DNA of 64,000 nucleotides from an uncultured candidatus Porisulfidus sp. (GTDB lineage Bacteria; Pseudomonadota; Gammaproteobacteria; Poriferisulfidales; Poriferisulfidaceae): NCBI GenBank assembly GCA_965242985.1, contig OZ251520.1, positions 860,492 to 924,491 of the forward strand, read 5' to 3'. Shown piece by piece: positions 1 to 7,530 of this stretch (position 1 is its first letter; each line of letters starts with the position of its first letter). The notes under the pieces were generated by a model. It saw only the letters and a program-made list of their open reading frames with translations, ran no database searches and was not told where the DNA came from. The position numbers and the translations under genes were made by a program.

Positions 1-111
1 GCCGCGGATCGGCGACCAGGTCGAGCTCGACGGCTTCCGCTTCACCGTCGCCCGGGTCACCGGCCGCCGCCTGCGCGCGCTGACCGTGCGGCGGTTGCCG
101 GCCGACGCCTG
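1..111 (+). CDS. 3' end of a CorC/HlyC-type transporter-associated-domain protein (partial, runs off the window start)
   Basis: In-frame translation ...RIGDQVELDGFRFTVARVTGRRLRALTVRRLPADA* resembles the C-terminal CorC_HlyC domain of YbeX/CorC. ybeX-lnt neighbourhood is common. Confidence 0.45.
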
Positions 112-115
112 AGCC

Positions 116-1618
116 GTGCCCGCGGCGGCCGGGCATGCGGCGGCGCTGGCCGCGGGCGCGCTGGCCTCGTTCGGCTTCGCGCCCTACGCCTGGCGCTGGG
201 CGCTGGCGGCCGGGCTGATCGCGCTGTTCTGGCTGCTGCGGGACGTCCGCCCGCGCGCGGCGGCCGCGCGCGGCGGCCTGTTCGGCCTCGGCTACTTCGG
301 CTGCGGGGTGTACTGGATCGCGCACACGGTCCACGTCTACGCGCACGCGCCGCTGTGGCTGGCCGGCGGCCTGACCGCGCTGCTGGCGCTGTACCTGTCG
401 CTGTACCCGCTGGCCGCGGCCGGCTTGGCGGCGCGGCTGTGCCCGCCCGGCGCCGCGCGGCTGCTGTGCGCGGCCGCGCTGTTCGCGCTGGCCGAGTGGC
501 TGCGCGGCCGGCTGCTCGGCGGCTTTCCCTGGACGCCGGTCGGGCAGGGCGCGCTCGACACCTGGCTGCAGGGCTACCTGCCGGCGCTGGGCGCGCACGG
601 CGCCGGGCTGCTGCTGCTGCTGGCGGCGGCCGCGGTCGCGGCCGGCCTGCGCGCCGGGATGCGCGGCGCCGCGGCGGCGCTGGGGCTGGCGGCGGCCGTC
701 GCCCTAGGCGGCGCCGGCCTCGGCTCGGCGGCGTGGACGCAGCCGGCCGGCGCCGCGCTGCCCGCGGCGCTGGTGCAGGCCGGGGTGCCCCTGCCCGAGC
801 GCTGGCGGCCGGACTTCCTCGGCAAGATCAAGCGGCGCTACCGGGAATTGACCGCGGCGGCGGCGGACGCGCGGCTGGTGATCTGGCCGGAGGCCGCGAT
901 CCCGCAGCTGTACGGCGCGCACCGCGAATACTACGAGGAGTTGCGGGGGCAGGCGCTGGCCCCGGGCGCGACGCTGCTGGCCGGCGCGTTCTTCGCCGAG
1001 GACGCGGGCGAAGGGCGCCGCCGCGTCTACACCGGGGCGTTCAATCTCGACACCGGCGAGCGCTACCGCAAGAGCCGGCTGGTGCCGTTCGGGGAGTTCA
1101 CGCCGCTGCGCGAGTGGCTGGCGCCGCTGTACCGCCGCATGCGCGTGCACATGCGCGGCCTGAGCGCCTCCGGCGACCGGCCCGCGATCCAAATCCGGAA
1201 TCAGGAAGTCGGCATAACCATATGTTACGAGATAATATTTCCGGAGGTCGTCCGGGAATCCGCGGCGACCGCGGGCTACCTCGTCAACCTCAGCAACGAC
1301 GCCTGGTTCGGCGACACCCGCGGCCCTTGGCAGCACCTGGAGGCGGCGCGCGCGCGGGCCGCGGAAACGGGGCGGGAGCTGCTGCGGGCGACCGGCACCG
1401 GCCTGACCGCGGTGCTGGGGGCCGACGGCGTCGTGCGCGCGCTGGCGCCGCAGTTCGAGCCGGCGGTGCTGCGCGCCGCCGTGCAGCCGCGCGCCGGCGC
1501 CACCCCGTACGCGCGTTTCGGCGATGCGCCGTTCCTGGCGCTGGCGCTGGCGGGCGCGCTGGGCGCGGTCCTACGCGGCCGCGTCCAGGCCCGCCGCGGC
1601 CGGGCGGGCGGGGACTGA
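116..1618 (+). CDS. lnt: Apolipoprotein N-acyltransferase
   Basis: 500-aa ORF with N-terminal multi-TM region and C-terminal CN-hydrolase domain (VIWPEAAIP..., NLSNDAWFG) typical of Lnt. Confidence 0.85.
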   Translation: MPAAAGHAAALAAGALASFGFAPYAWRWALAAGLIALFWLLRDVRPRAAAARGGLFGLGYFGCGVYWIAHTVHVYAHAPLWLAGGLTALLALYLSLYPLAAAGLAARLCPPGAARLLCAAALFALAEWLRGRLLGGFPWTPVGQGALDTWLQGYLPALGAHGAGLLLLLAAAAVAAGLRAGMRGAAAALGLAAAVALGGAGLGSAAWTQPAGAALPAALVQAGVPLPERWRPDFLGKIKRRYRELTAAAADARLVIWPEAAIPQLYGAHREYYEELRGQALAPGATLLAGAFFAEDAGEGRRRVYTGAFNLDTGERYRKSRLVPFGEFTPLREWLAPLYRRMRVHMRGLSASGDRPAIQIRNQEVGITICYEIIFPEVVRESAATAGYLVNLSNDAWFGDTRGPWQHLEAARARAAETGRELLRATGTGLTAVLGADGVVRALAPQFEPAVLRAAVQPRAGATPYARFGDAPFLALALAGALGAVLRGRVQARRGRAGGD

Positions 1619-2347
1619 GGCGCGCCCCGCGCCGAGCGCCGCGATCAGCCGGCGCGCCGCGTCCGGGCAGACCGCCCGGGTGCGCTCGGAGCCCCGGCAC
1701 AGCGCGCCGCGGAAGCCCAGGTAGTCCGGGCGGCTCGGCAGATAGGCGCGCGCCGCGTCCAGGTCCAGCCGCCCGGCGAGGCCGCACAGCAGTCCGGCGG
1801 CGCGCGCCCGCGCGGTCCAGGCCCGGGCCTGATCCGGGCTGAAGCAGTCGGGCAGGGCGCGGCCGCGCTTGTCGGCGGTGTCCAGCATGGCGCCGGCGAA
1901 GCCGGCCGCCGCGAGCGGCGCGAGCCAGTCCTCCGGGCGCATGCCGGGGGCGTCGGCGAACAGCACCGCGACCGCGCCGGCGGGGGCGGCCGCGGCGCGG
2001 AACTCCGCCAGCGCGGCGGGCGCCGCCATGCGCGCGAAGCCGGCCTTGACGTAATCCACGCCGGCCGCGGCGAAGGCCCGCGCCCGCGCGGGCAGTTCCG
2101 GCTCGCCGGCGAGGCCGGCGGCGGCGCTCACCCGGCAGCGGCCGGCGGCGGCCGCGGCGACCGCGGCCGCGAGCTCCGGCGCGACCGCGCCCAAGGCGCC
2201 GCGCGCCGGCTCCTTCAGGTCCAGCACGTCGACCCCGGCGGCGAGCAGCGCGGCGGCCTCCGCGCGGCTGCGGGCGCTGCCGAGCACCCCGGTCACGCCG
2301 CGGCCCCGCGCCAGGACGGGTGCGCCGCGACCCGCTCCATCAGCCAT
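1571..2347 (-). CDS. DUF556 / MfnB-like (5-formylfuran-3-yl)methyl phosphate synthase family protein, methanofuran/H4MPT-linked
   Basis: Motifs VDVLDLKEP and VDYVKAGF match the MfnB aldolase-like family. Real start may be the internal GTG near 2299 (VTGVLGS...). Convergent 48-nt overlap with lnt 3' end. Confidence 0.55.
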   Translation of the reverse strand: MADGAGRGAPVLARGRGVTGVLGSARSRAEAAALLAAGVDVLDLKEPARGALGAVAPELAAAVAAAAAGRCRVSAAAGLAGEPELPARARAFAAAGVDYVKAGFARMAAPAALAEFRAAAAPAGAVAVLFADAPGMRPEDWLAPLAAAGFAGAMLDTADKRGRALPDCFSPDQARAWTARARAAGLLCGLAGRLDLDAARAYLPSRPDYLGFRGALCRGSERTRAVCPDAARRLIAALGAGRASVPARPAAAGLDAAA

Positions 2348-2868
2348 GCCCAGGCCTCGCGCTCGCGCTCGCCGGCGGTCTTGTCGACCGCGGCCTGCAG
2401 CTGCTCGACCTCGCGGCGCAGCTTCCCGGCCGGCAGCCGGTCCAGGCGGCTGGCCAGGATGGCCAGCTCGATGACCGCGGCCTGGGCGCGGTTGTGGCCG
2501 GCGAACGGCGCGTGCGCCTCCTCGTGCACCACGCGGCAGGCGAAGGTCGGGCGCAGCGGGTCGTCGGCGAAGGACTCGACCTCGAGCTCGGCGTGCGACA
2601 GGCAGTCGCGCAGCCGCGCGCAGGGCACCACCTCGGCGCTGGTCAGCGGCCAGTCGCGGCGCCCGGTCAGGCAGCCGGCGTACACGCGCACGTCGTCCGG
2701 CCGGTTGGCCACCGCGCAGCCGTGGCGCTGCAGGTTGTCCAGGGTGCGCGAGGGCCGGAACGGCTTGACCAGCAGCCGGCGCCCGTCGCGGTGCAGGCCG
2801 AGCGGCGCCAGGTGCGTGCCGTCGTCGCCGTCGCGGGTGCTCACCACGGTTTCGAGGATCAGCGGCAT
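2293..2868 (-). CDS. DUF447 family protein (H4MPT-biosynthesis-associated, flavin-reductase-like fold)
   Basis: Starts MPLILETVVSTRDGDDG... at an ATG overlapping (TGATG) the stop of the upstream DHPS-like gene. DUF447 genes cluster with H4MPT genes in methylotrophs. Confidence 0.55.
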   Translation of the reverse strand: MPLILETVVSTRDGDDGTHLAPLGLHRDGRRLLVKPFRPSRTLDNLQRHGCAVANRPDDVRVYAGCLTGRRDWPLTSAEVVPCARLRDCLSHAELEVESFADDPLRPTFACRVVHEEAHAPFAGHNRAQAAVIELAILASRLDRLPAGKLRREVEQLQAAVDKTAGEREREAWAWLMERVAAHPSWRGAAA

Positions 2869-4283
2869 CAGGGGGATTTCCGGTGGCGGAGGCGGTCTTT
2901 CGGCTTGGTCCGGGTCGGCCCCCGGGGGCGGAAGCGGTCGAGGTCCTGGGCGCGCGGCGGCACCGCGCAGCCCCAGCGCAGGTCCTCGTCCTGCTCGTAG
3001 CGCTTGCCGAGCCGCCAGGCGATCTCCGCCCGCGCCAGCTCCACGCCGAGGTAGAACAGGTGGCCGGGATCGTCGTCCAGGTCCAGGCCGGCGTAGAAGT
3101 CGAGCGGGTCGACGTGCGTCTGCCGGCCGTCCCGATTGTACAGGTGCACGCCGTCCTCGGCGGTCTGGATGCGGAAATTCGGGTCGCGCACCGCGGCCGC
3201 CCGCTCGGCGATCTCGGCCGGGGCGTAGGGGAAGGGGTGGCGCTCGTGCAGCATCAGCAGGCCGTCGTCGATGCCCTTCGGCGGGAGGCCGTGCGCGGCC
3301 GCGGCGCGCATGATGCGGCGCGCCCGGTCGGCCTCGCGCAGCGAGCTGCGGCAGTGCTCGCTGACCTGGGTGGTGAGCACGTAGCGGATGTCGAGCTCCG
3401 AGGCCAGCCCGAACAGCAGCGCGTTCATGCCGGCGGTGTCGGCGTGCGTGAGCTCGGTGAGGTTGCCGATGCCCATCAGGATCTGCGCCTGCGGGTAGCG
3501 GCGGCGCAGCTCGGCGTAGCGCGCCAGCGAGGCGGCGCAGCCGAAGTGGATCGGCTCCAGGATCGGGTCGGCGAGGTGGGCCCGCCCGCGCGCCTCCAGG
3601 GTCTCCATGGCGCGGCCGAGCCCGTCGAGGTCGGCGGGCTCGTCGGCGATCAGCACCGGCACGGCGTCCGTCTCGTCGGCCAGCCACAGCCGGTCCGGGC
3701 GCAGGCTCAGCAGGAAGTCGGCGCCGGCGCGGCCGCCGGCGAGGAGCTCGCCGTCGTCCAGCGAATCGACGCTGACCGCGAAGCCTTCCGCCTTCAGCAG
3801 CCGCACGCAGCCGGCCAGCCCCGGGAACGGCACCCCGGGCAGGCAGCCGAGGTCGATCACGTCCGCGCCGGCGCCGCGGTAGGCCTGCGCGCAGGCGAGG
3901 ATCTCCTCCGGCGCCATGTTGGGCGCCTCGGTGATCTCGGCGATGATGCGGACGTCGTAGCGCGCGAGGTCGGCGGCGAAGGCGGCGCGCCCGAAGTGCG
4001 CCGGCAGGTCCTTGAGCTCGTCCGGGCCGCGCTCGAACGGCACGCCGAAATGCTCTTCCAGCGGCTCCAGCCGGCCGCGCATGCGCCCCGGCAGCAGCAC
4101 CCGGTCGACGCCGGGCGGCAGTTCGAGGCGCTTCCGGATCAGCTCGGTGGTCATCAGCGCGGCGACGCTGGCGCCGAGCTGGCGCACCTCGTACTCGAAC
4201 TCGGCGGGCCGCATGCCCTCCAGCACGCGATGCAGGCTGCGCTCGGCCAGCTTGCCGGTTAGGAACAGGATCTTCTCGCTCAT
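2868..4283 (-). CDS. Dihydropteroate-synthase-like pterin-binding protein (H4MPT-linked DHPS paralog)
   Basis: MSEKILFLTGKLAERSL... with a pterin-binding TIM-barrel-like region (GADVIDLGC..., ILMGIGNLTELT). The ORF track extends 9 codons further upstream to 4310. Confidence 0.6.
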   Translation of the reverse strand: MSEKILFLTGKLAERSLHRVLEGMRPAEFEYEVRQLGASVAALMTTELIRKRLELPPGVDRVLLPGRMRGRLEPLEEHFGVPFERGPDELKDLPAHFGRAAFAADLARYDVRIIAEITEAPNMAPEEILACAQAYRGAGADVIDLGCLPGVPFPGLAGCVRLLKAEGFAVSVDSLDDGELLAGGRAGADFLLSLRPDRLWLADETDAVPVLIADEPADLDGLGRAMETLEARGRAHLADPILEPIHFGCAASLARYAELRRRYPQAQILMGIGNLTELTHADTAGMNALLFGLASELDIRYVLTTQVSEHCRSSLREADRARRIMRAAAAHGLPPKGIDDGLLMLHERHPFPYAPAEIAERAAAVRDPNFRIQTAEDGVHLYNRDGRQTHVDPLDFYAGLDLDDDPGHLFYLGVELARAEIAWRLGKRYEQDEDLRWGCAVPPRAQDLDRFRPRGPTRTKPKDRLRHRKSP

Positions 4284-4487
4284 CGGGGCGCCGCGCCGTG
4301 CGCCGCGCATTCTATCCCGCGGCCCGGAGCCCGCGCCCGGCGGCGGGCGCGGAACTGCGGGCGGCCGGCTCCCGGCCGGTCCGGCGCGGGCGCGGCGGAC
4401 GGCGGGTTCCGGGCCCGGAAGCGGCGCGTTCTTGCCGCCGGGGAAGCCGGGCGGGGCCGTTCAGGCCGTCCGGTTCATATGAATCGG

Positions 4488-4650
4488 GGTGCTATAATCC
4501 AGCCCGCATCAGGGGCGAAAGCGAACCACCTTTTTTCGTGAAGAATCCAGCGGCAGCAGGGCTGAATCGCGGTGCGCTCCGCGCACTCCGCCCCGAATAC
4601 GGGGGGGGGGGGCTAGAAACCTCTCCGCGCGCCGGCCGGCCGGCCGGCCG
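4488..4650 (+). promoter_or_regulatory. Leader/promoter module copy A (extended -10 TGcTATAAT, GNRA hairpin, GC hairpin, G12 tract at 4601-4612, (GCCG)5)
   Basis: Paralogous to copies at 4670-4850 and 30232-30454. It has no gene of its own and sits directly upstream of copy B. Confidence 0.6.
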
Positions 4651-4669
4651 CCGTGCCGGGTCCCGGTCT

Positions 4670-4850
4670 CGGCTGGTATAATCCCGCCCGCTTTCAGGGC
4701 GAAAGCGAGCCACCCCTTTTCATGAAGACCCGGCGGCGGCAGGCAATGAAGAGCGCCGTTCCGCGCGCGCTCCTTGCGCGTGCAGTCCTGAATACGGGGG
4801 GGGGGGGCAGGAACCGCTCCGCGCGCCGGGCGCCCGGCGCGCAGCCGCTT
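4670..4850 (+). promoter_or_regulatory. Leader/promoter module copy B (TGgTATAAT at 4674-4682, G12 tract 4796-4807) upstream of autotransporter gene 1
   Basis: Conserved blocks tataatcc[ca]gcccgc ... gggcgaaagcga ... ctgaatac-G12-...tccgcgcgccgg shared with copies A and C. Confidence 0.6.
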
Positions 4851-5740
4851 CCGGCGGCCGTTCCGGCTCGGTCGACACCAGCGCGCGCGCTGCCGGCGGC
4901 GTTGCTAGCCCTGCCGTTGCTGTTCGCGGCGGGCCCGGCGGGAGCGCATACTAGCGACGACGGTCATGGACACTTCCGGGTGGAGTTGAACGGGTCCACC
5001 GCGCTTACCGTCACGGAGGGCCATACGGGAACCATCACCGTCCGCATCCGCTGCGTTTCGCACGAGAGGTCCAGCTGCAATTACGCTGGATATTCCGACA
5101 CGAATCAGAATAACCGCGATGAATTCACCATCTCCGCATCGACTCCCAGCAGCGGGGGCGGCGTCACGTTCGGCAGCACGAATAGGAAGTTGGGGTACAG
5201 CATAGTCGCTGGCCTCAACACGCTCGCCCTGAACACCACGGGCACGGTGACGCTCTCGGCCGGCGGAAACACGGTCGCAGACGGAACGCGGACGGTGACG
5301 GTGTCGGCGACGACCGACGAAAGTGGCGGCCAGAATTTCTTTACCCGGATACGCGACCTCGGCGCTATTGTCCAGAACGCCACGCTGACGATCCTGGACG
5401 ACGACCAGCCGCAGTTGTCGCTGGCGATCGCGGACGCGGACGACACGATCGCGGAGGGCGAATCGACGACGGTGACGGCGACGGTGGACACGGCACCGTC
5501 TTCGGCCTTGACGGTGACGGTGACGGCGGCGGCCGGGGTCACGGTGGCCAATGCGAACACCATCACGATTCCGGCGAACATGACTTCCGGCATGGGGTCG
5601 GTGACGATCACGGCGGACGACGACAATGTGGACGACGACGGCAAGATGGTGGTGATCACGGCGGCGGCGACTGGCCACGCGAACGGGCTCGCGACGCTGA
5701 CGGTCACCGACAACGACACCGCGGGGCTGGCGCTGACGGA

Positions 5741-6050
5741 GCTGGCGTCGGCGACGAACCCGCGGGAGACGGTGACGGAGGGGGGCGGCACGGCGGCGTT
5801 CAAGATCGCGCTGGCGACGGAGCCGACGCATGAAGTGCGGGTGGACGTGACGAGCAGCGACGACGGCGAGTGCCGGGTGTCGACGGCCGGGAGCGCGACG
5901 CCGGCGGCGATGAAGCGGCTGTCGTTCTCGACCACGACTTGGAGCACGCCGCAGGAGGTGACGCTGACGGGCCAGAACGACAGCGCGGACGACGGCGATC
6001 GGGACTGCACGATCACGCTGGACCCGTGGTCCCCCGGAGTGGCGCCCAAC
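5741..6050 (+). repeat. Intragenic ~300-bp near-identical DNA repeat, copy 1 (one Calx-beta unit)
   Basis: ~90% nucleotide identity to 7211-7530 and similar to 6838-7110 (cgcgggagacggtgac(g/c)gaggggggcggcacggcggcgttcaag...). Confidence 0.6.
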
Positions 6051-6837
6051 AACGATGCTAAGTACAATGCGCTGGCGAGCACGACGTTCACGGTGCGCAA
6101 CACCGACGACGACGCGACGCCGACGGTGACGCTGGCGTCGTCGGCGGCGTCGATTTCGGAGAACGGCGGCACGGCGACGATCACGGCGACGCTGAACCGC
6201 GCCTCGGGCGCGGCGACGACGGTCACGCTGTCGGCGCCGGCGGGGACGACGCTGAACCGGACGACGCTGACCATCGACGCGGGAGACACCTCGAGCGCGG
6301 ACGCGGGGACGGCGGCGGAGCGTTCGGCGACGCTGACGGCGACGAACAACACCCGGGACGAGCCGAACCGGCCGGTGACGGTGACGGGGACGGCGAGCAA
6401 CAGCGTGCCGGCGAGCGGCATGCTGTCGGTGACGGGGGCGGCGGTGACGCTGACGGACGACGACGCGGCGCCGGCGGTGTCGCTGTCGCTGACGCCGGCG
6501 AACGGCATGATCGCGGAGAACGGCGGCACGGCGGAGGTGACGGCGACGCTGACCGGCACCACCTCGAGCGCGGCGACGACGGTGACCGTCACCGCGGTGA
6601 GCGGCCTGTACACGGTGGAGGCGGACGCGACGATCGCGATCGCGGCGGGGATGACCACGGACGCGGAGACGGTGACCATCACGGCGGTGGACAACTTCCT
6701 GGACGACGCGTCGGACCGCAGCGGCGCGGTGACCGGCACGGCGCAGAACAACCAGGGCGCGGGGGCGGTGACGGGCGCGACGCTGACGCTGACGGACAAC
6801 GACGACGCGGCGGTGACGGTGACGGGGCTGGCGCAGA

Positions 6838-7110
6838 ACACGGCGCCGCATGAGACGGTGACGGAGGCGGGCGGCACGGCGACGTTCAACGTGGCGCTGG
6901 CGACGCGGCCGACGGCGAACGTGACGGTGACGGTGTCGAGCAGCGACGCCGGCGAGTGCCGGGTGTCGGTCGGGAGCGCGGCGCCGGGGATCTCGACGAC
7001 GCTGACGTTCTCGGCCGCGAACTGGAGCGCGGCGCGGACGGTGACGCTGACGGGCCGGGACGACGCCGTGGACGACGGCGACCAGGACTGCACGATCACG
7101 GCGGCGGCGG
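6838..7110 (+). repeat. Intragenic Calx-beta-unit DNA repeat, copy 2
   Basis: Same repeat family as 5741-6050 and 7211-7530. Confidence 0.5.
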
Positions 7111-7210
7111 CGAGCACCGGCGATACGGTCTACGACAGCGACACCGAGGTGCCGGACGTGACGTTCACGGCGCGCAACACCGACGACGACGACGCGGCGC
7201 TGGTGCTGTC

Positions 7211-7530
7211 GGAGCTGGCGGCGTCGATGAACCCGCGGGAGACGGTGACCGAGGGGGGCGGCACGGCGGCGTTCAAGGTGGCGCTGGCGAGCGAGCCGAC
7301 GGCGGACGTGACGGTGACGGTGACGAGCAGCGACGCCGGCGAGTGCCGGGTGTCGACGGCCGGGAGCGCGACGCCGGCGGCGTCGAAGACGCTGACGTTC
7401 ACGGCCGCCACCGCGGCCACCCTGTGGAGCACGCCGCAGGAGGTGACGCTGACGGGGCAGAACGACGACGCGGACGACGGCGACGTGGACTGCACGATCA
7501 CGGTGGCGGCGGCGAGCACCGGCGACGCGC
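7211..7530 (+). repeat. Intragenic Calx-beta-unit DNA repeat, copy 3
   Basis: ~90% identical to 5741-6050 at the DNA level. Confidence 0.6.

Noticed and set aside
2293-3687. 464-aa minus ORF extending the DUF447 gene far upstream into the DHPS-like gene
   Set aside because: The upstream 270 codons are a frame-shadow of the DHPS-like gene (2868..4283). The DUF447 start is the ATG overlapping that gene's stop.
4298-4681. 127-aa ORF across leader copy A, and ORF 4012..4482
   Set aside because: They lie in the promoter/leader repeat region and antisense to or overlapping the DHPS-like gene. No RBS or domain signal; likely non-coding.
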